From Bdellovibrionales bacterium (GTDB lineage: Bacteria; Bdellovibrionota; Bdellovibrionia; Bdellovibrionales; UBA1609), in the NCBI GenBank assembly GCA_965261545.1, contig CBDHDF010000011.1:160001-224000 (forward strand): a DNA stretch of 64,000 bases, given 5' to 3'. A model generated the notes under the pieces. That model did not search any database and was not told where the DNA came from. It saw nothing but the letters and a program-made list of their open reading frames with translations. Position numbers and translations under genes: made by a program. This document shows, one piece after another, positions 31,227 to 41,604 of the stretch; within the stretch, counting starts at the first letter, position 1, and each line of letters begins with the position of its first letter.

Positions 31227-33689
31227 TTTGATCACTCATGTTGATACCCCCTTAGTAACGTAGCTTTTTAATTGATCCGGACTTAAGTTTTTTAAAGTCA
31301 GATATGGTTTTTTTCTTATCTGGAAAGAGATAAGCCTTTGTTTTCTCGTGTTTTTTGACAATGATCCTCCCTTGTTTAATATGGTGATAAATCCAATGAA
31401 CTTTAACATCAATAAGTGCTGCAATTTGAGATGTTGTGAGGCTTCCCTCGACTTTGGTCGGAAAAGAGTGCTTTCGATTCCGATAGATTTTATTGTTTAG
31501 TCTATAGGACTTCACAGTATTTCTGAGAAAAGTGGTATCCATTGGTGATCTGAATCCTTTTTGGGTCAATAGTTTGGCAATATCTTCATCAGACACCCCA
31601 AGCTTGACCTGCTGCGCAATTATTTTCTTTATCGTTTCAGAAGATGACAGTTCATCAAAAGATCCAACTTTGATTGGAATGCTAGCTTCTGTTGTATCTC
31701 CTCCAATCCAAACAATTCTCAGTGCAACCATATCTCTTTTCTTTCTGTGAATGACAACCTTTTCAACCAATGTTCTAAGAATTTTCTTTTTCATGTCTTT
31801 GGTCAATATCTTATCCTCCCATAGCGAAGGTAGTTTTTGATTCAAATCTGAAAATTCTCTTTTCATTTTTTGAGAGATCACAGTTGGAATACGCTGTTCA
31901 TTCTTAACCCTCTCTAGGTGATCTTCGGCTTTTTTAAGTATTACTAAAGCCTCTTCCCATTGTGTTTCTAATTCATCTGCAACAAGTCTATTCTCAGGGT
32001 CTACTTTGCGATACCTCTTTTCTACCAGTTGAGCTTCATACCTTAAACGCTGAATTTGCTGAATGTGTGATTTGTAAACCTCTTGGTCAATTTTTGACTT
32101 ATTTTCTAAAGCCTTGGCATACAAGTCTAGCTCGACAGGGGAAAGAACCTTAAAAAAAGCGTTTACTACATAATCATCGATTGGATCTGTAGGAATGAAT
32201 TGGCAAGTAGGTTCCCGATGTTGTTGGCGTAGATAGTTGCATAAGTATCGAGTTGCTGTTTTATACTGCACTGACATTTTGTGGCCACATTCTCCACAAT
32301 AGACTATCCCATGTAAGAGGGCCTTACCAGGGCGAGGTATGCCTCTTGTTTTATTACGAGTATATTCAGTGTAGTTGTCTTTTAGAATTTCTTGTATTTT
32401 TAAGAATGTATTCCAATCGATATATTTAGGATATTTATCTTTCACAACAATTTTCCATTCATTAAGTGGAAGCTTTGTACGCTTAAGTTTTCCAGCTAAG
32501 TCTTTTCTACGGTATTCAGCTTTGCCATATACAAAAGTTCCGCTATAAGCTGGATTCTTCAAAATAGAAAGTATGGCTGCCTTGGATGTTTTTTTCCAAT
32601 GAATACTTTTTACAAAATCAACTCTTGGAAGTAAGAGGTTGTTATCGTTAAAAAATCGCGACACCTTACCGGCTGATTTCAGTTTTAAGAATATAGTAAA
32701 TACTAAATTTATGCGATCTTGTAAATCTTTATTTGGATCTTTTAGCACTTTACCTTGTTCTGTTCGAATAAAACCAACTGGTAATTTAAGAGCTAAATCT
32801 CCTCGCTTGGCTTTGTTGAGAAGACCTGCTGTTAATCTATTGCGTATCGTAAATAATTCCATTTCTGAGAGTTGACCTTTAAACCCGAGTAACATTCTTC
32901 CATTAACATTAGAAGGGTTATAAATAGACTCTCTATCAGCAATGAGGCAATTCTTAAAAGCACACAGATCAAGTAATTGGTACCAGTCCGTACAGTTTCT
33001 AGATAGACGAGTGACATCGTACGATAGAATAATACCAATTTTTTCCAAGGTCACTTCTGCAAGGATATTCTTGAAGCCTTCTCTAAACTGTATACTACTT
33101 CCTGTGATCCCCAAATCATCATCGACAATTTCAATACTATCTTCTTGCCAACCTAATTCAGTAGCTCTTTGCCTGAGTGAGTATTGAAGGTCGAGACTTT
33201 CTTTGTTTTTGATGGCTTGCTGAGGGGTCGACTGTCTGATGTATATTATGGCTTTTCTCTTTAAGTGAATAGGTGTAATCAATTCCGATGTTTTCATATA
33301 TAATCTCCTCAATGGCTAAAGTTAAGTCTTTGATGACTTGCTTTTGAATTTCTTTTGGCAGTCTTGGCCAGACATCTTTTGGTGTAATTGACATAGTTGC
33401 TCTTCCAGTTGTTGAGTCAGTGAAATTAGCTCCTGAATTGCAACTATACCAAGTTTGCTTGGGGCCTGCCTATCGTAGAGATTGGGGTTCAGATTGGTAG
33501 AAGCCAATGGTATGCGTAGCGTCATGTGGTTCTTGTATTGAACAAAAGCAAAAGTAGATTTTTTCTGATTTTTAGGTATGGAAATCACCTTGAATGACTT
33601 CCTATAAAGGGGATGGGAGGGGTCCGTGACCCTTAGCTCTCTAAAACCTCTGTCGTTGACGGGGGTATTAAGTAATGGACTCGTTTGAT
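31227..33689 (-). mobile_element. LSR element E copy 2
   Basis: Near-identical to copy 1; TTTGAT at both junctions; the two flanks come from different loci. Confidence 0.88.
31252..33297 (-). CDS. Large serine recombinase
   Basis: One visible substitution versus copy 1 (VNTFF/VNAFF). Confidence 0.92.
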   Translation of the reverse strand: MKTSELITPIHLKRKAIIYIRQSTPQQAIKNKESLDLQYSLRQRATELGWQEDSIEIVDDDLGITGSSIQFREGFKNILAEVTLEKIGIILSYDVTRLSRNCTDWYQLLDLCAFKNCLIADRESIYNPSNVNGRMLLGFKGQLSEMELFTIRNRLTAGLLNKAKRGDLALKLPVGFIRTEQGKVLKDPNKDLQDRINLVFTIFLKLKSAGKVSRFFNDNNLLLPRVDFVKSIHWKKTSKAAILSILKNPAYSGTFVYGKAEYRRKDLAGKLKRTKLPLNEWKIVVKDKYPKYIDWNTFLKIQEILKDNYTEYTRNKTRGIPRPGKALLHGIVYCGECGHKMSVQYKTATRYLCNYLRQQHREPTCQFIPTDPIDDYVVNAFFKVLSPVELDLYAKALENKSKIDQEVYKSHIQQIQRLRYEAQLVEKRYRKVDPENRLVADELETQWEEALVILKKAEDHLERVKNEQRIPTVISQKMKREFSDLNQKLPSLWEDKILTKDMKKKILRTLVEKVVIHRKKRDMVALRIVWIGGDTTEASIPIKVGSFDELSSSETIKKIIAQQVKLGVSDEDIAKLLTQKGFRSPMDTTFLRNTVKSYRLNNKIYRNRKHSFPTKVEGSLTTSQIAALIDVKVHWIYHHIKQGRIIVKKHEKTKAYLFPDKKKTISDFKKLKSGSIKKLRY

Positions 33690-34004
33690 TTCGTCACTGT
33701 ACTGTCCACTCTCATTTTCTTACACGGCTCAATCTTTTGATCTCTTGCATCTGAAACTAAAGAGGCGCTAATAATTCCCCAAGTTTCTTCACTTATTTGA
33801 ACAATCAAGTCCTGTAAGGTGGAGTGAGCGTAATTTTCTTCCAATTCAAGGCCCAGAAAAGCTCTGGTGGATACTGAATCGACAAGATTAAAGGCTAACG
33901 CACGATAGGAAAGACCTCTTATGGATTTAAGAATAGCCACCTTGAGAACTTGCTCCGATGTCATACCAATATCACCAGAATCTTTCTTTTCTTTAACAAT
34001 GCAA

Positions 34005-34100
34005 AATTTCACCTAGTTTGACCCACCCAATTTCACCTGGTTTGACCCACCCAATTTCACGAAGTTTGACCCACTGAATTTCACCAAACATTGACCCACT
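34005..34100 (+). repeat. Four 24-bp transposase-binding repeats at the left end of H
   Basis: AATTTCACnnnGTTTGACCCACnn x4; inverted copies at about 36940-36980. Confidence 0.85.
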
Positions 34101-34145
34101 TAGATCTTCATAGATATTCTTTCTGCGCTACGCATTAACGAGGAG

Positions 34146-35669
34146 GTGTCTATGGGCAAACAAGGTAAGAAAAAAGGAGCAAGAATGATCAACAATATTA
34201 AGAAATACATAGAGCTTGGACTCAGTTCGAGACAAATAGCTCGAGCTATGGGTGTTAGTCGGAACACTGTGAAGAAGTATGTGAAGGATAGTCCCGGAGG
34301 CCCTAACAGCCGCTCAAAGGGGTCGCATGGGCCCTACCAAGCCCCATGGTCATCCAAGGTGAATTGGACAGATGTTCGCCTCAAGCAAAGCCTAGGGACT
34401 CAATTGGCTCATTACTGGGAGCGACATATTCAGTCCGAGATTGACGGTGTGAGTTATCTTTCTTTTTGGAGAGAGTTTCGTCGGAGGCACCCAAGTATAA
34501 AGCTTGATATGCACCAGACATTCACCCCTGGTGAACGGAGTGAGTTTGACTATAAGGGAAAAGACTCTTGTTTTGGCTATACAGATGCCAAGACTGGGGA
34601 GTTCATCCCATGTCGATTATTTGGAATGATACTTCCATCGAGTCAGTTTTTCTTTCCATGCGCCACATTAACAGAGCAGCGGGAAGATGTTTTTTCCTCC
34701 ATAGCTTCTGGTTTTGAGTTTTTTGGTGGTGTGACCGGAACCATTGCTTTTGATAACGCAAAGGTTCAAGTGACAAGAGCTGATACTTATGACCCCGATA
34801 TTAACTCTGAGTTTCACCTCTTGTGTGATCACTACAATGTGGCTCCTTTGGCGATGAGGCCATCTCGCCCCAAAGACAAGAGTCTTATCGAAAATACCCT
34901 TGGAGTCTTTTGGCGCTGGTCTTGGCCCCAGATAAGAGAGCGGCAAATGTATTCTCTAGCAGACATCAACGCTGAGTTGAAGCATTTGGCAGCTATTTTC
35001 AATGATCGTATTCAAAAAAAGTATGGGTTGAGTCGTCGACAGAAGTTTGAATCTTTTGAGAAGTCAAAATTGAATCCTCTTCCTGAAAGACGCTATGAGA
35101 GTGGATTCTGGAAGCATTCCAAGGTTCATCCGGATTGTCACATTCAATATAACTACAATTTTTACTCTGTTCCTTATAAGCATCGCGGCAAGAAGTTAGA
35201 TATTCGTATTAGCCAACAATGCTTGGAGGTTTATTCAGAATTAGAGCGGGTGGCGATACATCACATCCCCCAGGGCAGTCGAGGGCGCTACTTTACGACA
35301 AAATCTCATCTCCCTGAGTCCCACCGGGCCATTTTAGAGCAAACGCCACAAAATGTACTTAAAGAGGCATCAAGCCTTGGAGAAAGTATTCACAAAGTTG
35401 CCGAGCGGCTTATCAAAGAGCCTCGCCATCCGCTTATGTATCTTCGTCGTGTTCAGGGGATACTCAATCTAAGAAAACGGTATTCAACAGCTTCTTTGGA
35501 GCAGGCTTGCTCATTTTTTGTAGATGCAGCTTTAAGTGACATTAGGGTTCGTGGAGTTGAGAAAGTTATTTCAGCAAAAAGTCATCGAAAAGAGGAGCCA
35601 AGAGTCTGCCGTCAACCTAATGAAAATTTAAGAGGTTCAGAGCACTGGGAGAATGCTTGCCGCCACTAA
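34146..35669 (+). CDS. istA: IS21 transposase IstA
   Basis: HTH IARAMGVSRNTVKKY; EFDY, FDNAK, PKDKSLIE and YSVP motifs. Confidence 0.92.
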   Translation: MSMGKQGKKKGARMINNIKKYIELGLSSRQIARAMGVSRNTVKKYVKDSPGGPNSRSKGSHGPYQAPWSSKVNWTDVRLKQSLGTQLAHYWERHIQSEIDGVSYLSFWREFRRRHPSIKLDMHQTFTPGERSEFDYKGKDSCFGYTDAKTGEFIPCRLFGMILPSSQFFFPCATLTEQREDVFSSIASGFEFFGGVTGTIAFDNAKVQVTRADTYDPDINSEFHLLCDHYNVAPLAMRPSRPKDKSLIENTLGVFWRWSWPQIRERQMYSLADINAELKHLAAIFNDRIQKKYGLSRRQKFESFEKSKLNPLPERRYESGFWKHSKVHPDCHIQYNYNFYSVPYKHRGKKLDIRISQQCLEVYSELERVAIHHIPQGSRGRYFTTKSHLPESHRAILEQTPQNVLKEASSLGESIHKVAERLIKEPRHPLMYLRRVQGILNLRKRYSTASLEQACSFFVDAALSDIRVRGVEKVISAKSHRKEEPRVCRQPNENLRGSEHWENACRH

Positions 35670-35750
35670 TCACATAGCCCCGGTGGGTGGTTCTCAACCA
35701 CCTAACGGGTCATTTTGACCTCCATAAGAGAGGTCGTATAGGAGAAGAAA

Positions 35751-36479
35751 ATGATTAAACAAACAGAAAATTTATTAGAGATATTAAAAATGAGGGGAGT
35801 TTTAGCAACCTTGAGCCAGAGGCTCAAAGAAGCTGAGGAGCAGGATCTTGGTTACGAGGACTTTCTAAATGTCATCTTTGAGGACGAAAAAATCCATCGT
35901 GAAAATCAGAAGGTCTCAAGACTTATCAAAAGAGCAGCTTTGCAGCAAAAAGCAAGCCTTGAGGCCTTTGAAACCAAATCCAACCGAGGAGTCGATCGAA
36001 GAGTTTTGAGTGATCTAGCCCTTATGAGATTTGCTCAAAGAGGTCAAAATATAATTATCTCTGGCCCAACGGGTGTTGGAAAGTCATATTTGGCTTGTGC
36101 CATAGGTAATCACGCCTGTCGCCAAGGTTTTTCCACTCAGTTCTTCAGAATGAATACTCTTGTTGAAAAATTCAACTTAGAAAGAGCCCAGGGGACATAT
36201 CTAAACTTCCTTAAAAGGCTAAAATCAGTCTCGATACTTGTGTTGGATGATTTTGGTATCAAGCCCCTTACCTCTAACCAATATCAAGACCTTTACGATG
36301 TGATTGATGAACGAGGCCCTGACCTGAGCCTCATTCTTACAACCCAACTTCCAATAAAAAATTGGAGTGAAGTCATTGAGGATCCCATCGTTTGTGAAGC
36401 TATTATGGATCGCATAACCTCTCAAGCTATCAAAATAGCCATGTCTGGAAGCTCATTTAGGCAGAGAAAGACGATTTAA
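35751..36479 (+). CDS. istB: IS21 helper ATPase IstB
   Basis: GPTGVGKS, LDDFG, TTQLP and DRI motifs. Confidence 0.93.
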   Translation: MIKQTENLLEILKMRGVLATLSQRLKEAEEQDLGYEDFLNVIFEDEKIHRENQKVSRLIKRAALQQKASLEAFETKSNRGVDRRVLSDLALMRFAQRGQNIIISGPTGVGKSYLACAIGNHACRQGFSTQFFRMNTLVEKFNLERAQGTYLNFLKRLKSVSILVLDDFGIKPLTSNQYQDLYDVIDERGPDLSLILTTQLPIKNWSEVIEDPIVCEAIMDRITSQAIKIAMSGSSFRQRKTI

Positions 36480-37663
36480 GGAGAATCCATGCAAAGGCAG
36501 ACCTTGGAAGACACCATCGGGAGACACTCCATCGGAACTATTGAATCATGTACCCGCCAGTTATCCACAAAATTTACCCACGGCAGCGCTGCGTTGATAG
36601 ACATCGGGGTCACAGACGCAGCGTCACCATGGATAAATTTGTGGATAACTGGCTCGCTATTCTCTGCCATTTTGAGCAATGGATTCAACATCCCCATTGA
36701 AAAACCCTCCATTGAAACCTCAGAAATGGGGAGGGTCGAGATTCTCAATGACAAAGTGGCCAATTTTAGTTGGCATCTAACATTCTGGCAAATAAGCCTT
36801 AACCCACCGTTGGGACATCGTGACATTGAGGGTGTAAAAGTTACTGAGTCAGCAGAAAAAAGAAGGTTTAAATTGACAAAGTTTGAGCCACCGTGAAATT
36901 CAAAATTGGACCTCAAATTGACTGACTGAGGGGTGGGTCAAACTTCGTGAAATTCAGTGGGTCAAACTCGTGAAATTCAGCAACAAGGTCTTCAACCATA
37001 TGGGCAAACTCTGGATGGCGATCAATGATGTTATTAATTTGCTGCAATTCTGTACTGAGTTGGTGGTTAGGATATTGGGAAAAGAGTCCCAACTGTGTCT
37101 TCTTCAAATGGCGCATAGTCCCCCCTTTGGTGAAAGTTTCTCTTTAATTTTTATATTAACATACGTTTTTTTGAGGGAAAAAAGTGAGCAAGGATGTCTT
37201 TTAAGAAGAAAAAAATCAGAGAGGTTCTCGGAGAACATGGATAAGAATTCTACCTCATAGAGAGGTTCCCACGCCTCCTAAAACCTACATAAAAAATAAA
37301 TGAAGAATAAAATATCAAAAATTATTTCTCTGAAAAAACACGTCAAGTATTTTTTGAAGTTGATGCGCAACGTAATGTTATTTCCCTGAAGGAGGTTTGA
37401 AATCACCACGGTGGAAACACAGGTTGATCCAACTCTTCCTCTCATATCAAGTAACCAGTTGATAGCCACATAAGTCACTGAAAGGGAGGGGCTGTGAAAG
37501 GTTCGTCAAGAGAGGGGGGGGGAACTTATTTTATTTTTCCGTTTTATGTAAGTAACTGAATTTACACGGATTATGTTTGATGGACTCCATTTTAAAGCAT
37601 AAAATCTAAAGGGAAGGCATGTAAATACTTAAAACTACTTAACTTTCTTCCCTGGACAGGAAC

Positions 37664-37897
37664 TAGCTATACAACCTGCTTCATTAAGGCCATCTCTTAT
37701 CATCTCTTCTGTCTTTAACATTGAACTGGATAATGGAATTATCAACTCAATAGTGACTGAGTTTGAACTACTTGATTTTAACTTTGCCTTTGGTTTTGAC
37801 ATAATACCCTCCTTGGTCGTAAGTCCAGCTAAAATAAAGTATCCCAAGGAATAAGGTATTTGTCTACAAATAATTACAGTATATCATTAGCACACCC
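37664..37897 (-). mobile_element. Left end and transposase N-terminus of an ISKra4-like element
   Basis: End GGGTGTGCTAATGATATACTGTA matches the MITE IR; MSKP...VTIELIIPLSSSMLKTEEMIRDGLNEAG after an AGGAGGG RBS. Confidence 0.65.
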
Positions 37898-38506
37898 CTT
37901 TTATCCCCATCGTAAATTTATTTAATGGCCCAGGTTGGTATTCACAAATGGTTATTGAGGGGGTGGTCATTCATCTCTATAAGTATAAAAACCCAAAGAC
38001 TGGGGAGTTCTCTGTTTTGGCCACTAATCTTCCGCATGGCTCCTTGGACAAGAAGGATATGGTTGCTCTTTACTCTCGTCGTTGGGAAATAGAAACGACA
38101 TTTCGTGATTTTACATCGACAATGAAAATGGAGCAGTGGCACTCAACAAGCCTTAATGGAATATTGCAAGAGCTGTATTCTTATTTTTGGCTCTTCAATT
38201 ATACAAAGATTCAAATGAGCATAAATGAGGATGAAGACAGTGTGAATCAGTTGGTAAAAAATGACTACAAAAAACCTAACTTTAAACTGATTCTTGATTT
38301 CATAATGGATAGCATCCCCCTTTTTGTTGCGGGGCTCTATCAGAAATTTAGGAAGCAGATAAAGTTGCTGATGAAGATTTCAATGGAGAAGAGGAGGCAC
38401 TTCAAAAGAAGCTATGAAAGGTCTATCAAAAGGGCTGGGAGTTCTTTTAAAAGAAATAGCTTAACGCAGAGGCAGAGGGGTGTGGTGGCTTAAGGAAACG
38501 GCATTG
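37898..38506 (+). mobile_element. IS4 element B, 3' fragment
   Basis: Matches the 3' part of B including the right IR. Confidence 0.88.
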
Positions 38507-38620
38507 AGTCAGTAATAGCGATAACTGAAGATGATTTCAGGGTTGACAGTAGCCAATTCCATAGGGAGAGAGGATTAACGCAATACATTAAATCCAATTA
38601 CAACTTTTAGGGATTTCAGG
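38507..38620 (+). mobile_element. Right-end remnant of a diverged relative of IS1634 element F
   Basis: ...TTACAACTTTTAGGGATTTCAGG and the preceding ~60 bp resemble 25810-25892. Confidence 0.75.
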
Positions 38621-38648
38621 TAATATGGTAAAGCAATCACCTAGTCAT

Positions 38649-39020
38649 GCCTCTGTGGCGGAATTGGTAGACGCGCCGGACTCAAAAAGTTCTCCGTCCA
38701 ACAGTGAAAGGGAATTTGCAAAGAGATAAAATGGTAGGCATTTCAGCGGCTTGCAATCTGTTTTTGCATCCATCTGAAAGCCTAAAAATAAGGAACGCAA
38801 CATATACGCAACAAGCCTCTGTGGCGGAATTGGTAGACGCGCCGGACTCAAAAAGTTCTCCGTCCAACAGTGAAAGGGAATTTGCAAAAGAGATAAAATG
38901 GTAGGCATTTCAGCGGCTTGCAATCTGTTTTTGCATCCATCTGAAAGCCTAAAAATAAGGAACGCAACATATACGCAACAAGCCTCTGTGGCGGAATTGG
39001 TAGACGCGCCGGACTCAAAA
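38649..39020 (+). repeat. Tandem 166/167-bp repeat, each unit starting with the 5' 39 nt of tRNA-Leu
   Basis: GCCTCTGTGGCGGAATTGGTAGACGCGCCGGACTCAAAA at 38649, 38815 and 38982. Confidence 0.92.
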
Positions 39021-39068
39021 TTCGGTTCTGGTAACAGAGTGGGAGTTCGATTCTCCCCGGAGGCACCA
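38982..39068 (+). tRNA. tRNA-Leu (CAA)
   Basis: Cloverleaf with GGTAGAC D-loop, CTCAAAA anticodon loop, long variable arm, GTTCGA T-loop and encoded CCA. Confidence 0.95.
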
Positions 39069-39091
39069 AATGTCACTTCACAGCATCCACT

Positions 39092-40432
39092 TCAATCTTC
39101 CATTTTCCACATTTTTTCATTGAGTATTTCTGCAATTCTTTTGGTATCCATCTTCGGTTTTCCACAGTAGTGATGCTCGTTGACATCTCGGCCATGGCCA
39201 AGAATGGATGCTCTTTCATCCAAAGACATGCCAGCTTCTTTGGCTGTCAGATTAAACCCTCGGCGCATATCATGCCTTGTGTAGGGCACGCTGTAGTCTT
39301 TCCGAACCTTTTTACCATCTTTATACTTCCTCGTCGCTGGGCTGGAACTCTCTTTAGCCTCTGCCAAACCAGCAGCAATAAATAAAGCTCCCCAGGCACC
39401 ACTTACAGAGTCTACTCTTCGATAGACAGGCTTTGGACTCTTGGTCGATAAACGACAATCTACCATTGTAAAGATAAATCGTGCATCCACTGGAACCAAT
39501 TTGCCTTGTTGGCTGGGAGCGTAACCCACAACCCGGTGCTTCATAGCTCTTTCCACCAAAGGTTTGAGCATATCCAAAACATCCGTAGGAATGATTGTCT
39601 CTCTGGTCTTTCCATATTTGGGTGACCATTGCATTCCATGCTTGGTGGGACACTCCTTGGGTTGAATCACCCAATGACCTGTCTCCCAATTGATATCATC
39701 CACTTCTAAATACAACCACTCCTTTGTTCGCGCCCCTGTACGAAAAAGCCCATAGGCAAATTCTTTGATAGGGAAGCCGTAGCGATGTGTGTAGTTTGCG
39801 GATAACAATTGAGGAAGAATGTTTTTTGAAGGGGCCACCGTTCTTGCCCTTTCTTCTTTGGGCACTGAAATGGCTTCCACATCCACCCAAGGGTTTTGAG
39901 GAATTAGTTTTCTCTTTTTAAGCCATTTAAACAAACGCTTTATGGCATTGAGATCATTAAAAGCAGTGACTCTTTTAATCTCTCCCGCCTTCACACGCTT
40001 AAGTAAATGTCTCCGAAAATTATAAGCCTCATATTCCGTAAGTTTGTGAACATAATTGACCTTAAACTTTTTCTCCAACACGGCAGCGACAGGAAGCATT
40101 CTCGTCTTTTCCGTGTGAAGATAATTGGGTGAAGCCCCTTCAATTTGAAGGTGCTCTAAATAGTCGTTGATAGCCATTTCAAAAGTTGAAAGCTTGCTAG
40201 AACTCTCTTGGAACTTTTCAAGTTCTTTTTCTGTAAAAAGACCCTTGGCAAGTTCCTTTTCTTTTTTACTGGCATTTTTTCTAGCTGATTTTTCATCGTT
40301 ACCAGGAGCACGACCATAAAACCACTTTCCATTGGGGAGTTTAAATTTCCAGTACCAACCCCATTTGCGTTGATGCACATAAACTCTTGGAGTGTATTCA
40401 AAAGATACTTCAAGTTGTACTAATTCGTTCAT
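39092..40432 (-). CDS. Tyrosine recombinase/integrase
   Basis: TGAR, HDMRR, LGH...HY catalytic residues. Confidence 0.9.
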   Translation of the reverse strand: MNELVQLEVSFEYTPRVYVHQRKWGWYWKFKLPNGKWFYGRAPGNDEKSARKNASKKEKELAKGLFTEKELEKFQESSSKLSTFEMAINDYLEHLQIEGASPNYLHTEKTRMLPVAAVLEKKFKVNYVHKLTEYEAYNFRRHLLKRVKAGEIKRVTAFNDLNAIKRLFKWLKKRKLIPQNPWVDVEAISVPKEERARTVAPSKNILPQLLSANYTHRYGFPIKEFAYGLFRTGARTKEWLYLEVDDINWETGHWVIQPKECPTKHGMQWSPKYGKTRETIIPTDVLDMLKPLVERAMKHRVVGYAPSQQGKLVPVDARFIFTMVDCRLSTKSPKPVYRRVDSVSGAWGALFIAAGLAEAKESSSPATRKYKDGKKVRKDYSVPYTRHDMRRGFNLTAKEAGMSLDERASILGHGRDVNEHHYCGKPKMDTKRIAEILNEKMWKMED

Positions 40433-40728
40433 AGTCTTTCTCCTTTAACCCGATCACTCTGTTTTCTAGAAAGTTGCAGAAATGAATCAAGGTCAGATTT
40501 TAGAAAGACTAGACCCTCCTTAGTAAAGTCACAAAAAGTCAGCCTCCTTGATCTCAGTGCATGATAGCGTATGCTATCAACGCTGCACCGACAGTAAAAG
40601 GCGGCTTCTTTTTCATTAAATACATGGTGATTAAACACCATTATTCTTTCTATTTGATTGTCAAAGAGCGAGTCTTCAGTAGACGCACAGGACGACGGAC
40701 CGATGACTTTTTTATTATCATAAAGCAT
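40429..40728 (-). CDS. HTH protein, excisionase-like
   Basis: FNEKEAAFYC...FLKSDLDSFL (HTH_17-like pattern); overlaps the integrase start. Confidence 0.65.
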   Translation of the reverse strand: MLYDNKKVIGPSSCASTEDSLFDNQIERIMVFNHHVFNEKEAAFYCRCSVDSIRYHALRSRRLTFCDFTKEGLVFLKSDLDSFLQLSRKQSDRVKGERL

Positions 40729-41224
40729 AGTATTTTCTCCTTAAAAGATCACGAAAAAGGTGAACGTTCGTCTAAAGATGAACGGCCGTATAAAAATGAG
40801 TGGCCGCATAAATCTGATAAACAATGAGCGCAAAAAGTGTTCTTCCCGAATTTTTTGTCATCGGACATAAATCTTTCTTAAAAAAGATATTAAAAAATTT
40901 CCTGAATGCTTCATGAATACCTCCTTATGGGTATAGTTTGGTTGGGTGAGCCATATAGCTCACCGGCGGGGAATTGTTAATGATTTGATGAATGTATCTG
41001 GTAGGTGTTTGTTGAATAGAATGATTGAATGTCGCCTTCATTTTTTACAGCACGAAGACGGAGAATGAGCCGTCCTGGGGGAAGTGAATACGAGGAGCCC
41101 CCCAATTTTGAGAATTTTTTGTTGACGACGGGCAAAAAAATCACTTTTAGCCCTTTTCAAAAAGGCCAAAAAGGATGTAGGCCATGGCCGTTCACAAAAA
41201 ATCCAAGCAAAGAAGGAGTCAGAA

Positions 41225-41503
41225 ATGGCAAAGTTTAAACACTTAACAAAAGAAAAACTAAATCATGTTCGCAATCGCCTTTTTGAAGTGTCCAGTGGCC
41301 TCAATGGTCTAGGCTCTTTGTTTGAGTCTCAATCAGTACACTTTTGCCCCTCACCAGATGAGCTTTACGGCATTGGACAGCTCTTGAAGCAACTCTCCCG
41401 TGAAGTTGAGGTTCAGGAAGACATCCTAAATTGTGGTTATGATAGTCAAGCCGTGAAGAAGAATTTGGGGGAGACACCAGTGTTAGACTCGAAGAAAAGT
41501 TGA
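41225..41503 (+). CDS. Hypothetical protein
   Basis: AAGGAG RBS with ATG; 92 aa. Confidence 0.65.
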   Translation: MAKFKHLTKEKLNHVRNRLFEVSSGLNGLGSLFESQSVHFCPSPDELYGIGQLLKQLSREVEVQEDILNCGYDSQAVKKNLGETPVLDSKKS

Positions 41504-41604
41504 AAAAAGGGAGGCAGAAATTATCTTGCCTCCTAGCCTTTCTCTTCCTTCTCATACCCTGCCACGTCCTGCCCTCTCATGAGATCATTACACCGAGGAC
41601 TTCA

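Larger units (their letters stand above)
34000..36982 (+). mobile_element. Second IS21-family element H (2983 bp)
   Basis: TG...CA ends; terminal repeat arrays; 4-bp TSD ACAA. Confidence 0.88.
33690..37663 (-). mobile_element. Element A copy 3, 5' portion only (contains IS21 element H)
   Basis: Left IR at 37652-37663; A sequence runs to the E junction. Confidence 0.87.

Noticed and set aside
34005..34100. 24-bp repeats as a CRISPR array
   Set aside because: No unique spacers; inverted copies at the other end of H; typical IS21 terminal repeats.
38649..39020. tRNA-derived repeats as a CRISPR array or as three tRNA genes
   Set aside because: Spacers are near-identical and 127-128 bp, no cas genes are present, and the first two copies lack the 3' half of the cloverleaf.
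38645..39170. ORFs over the tRNA repeats
   Set aside because: Shadow translations of the tRNA and its repeats.
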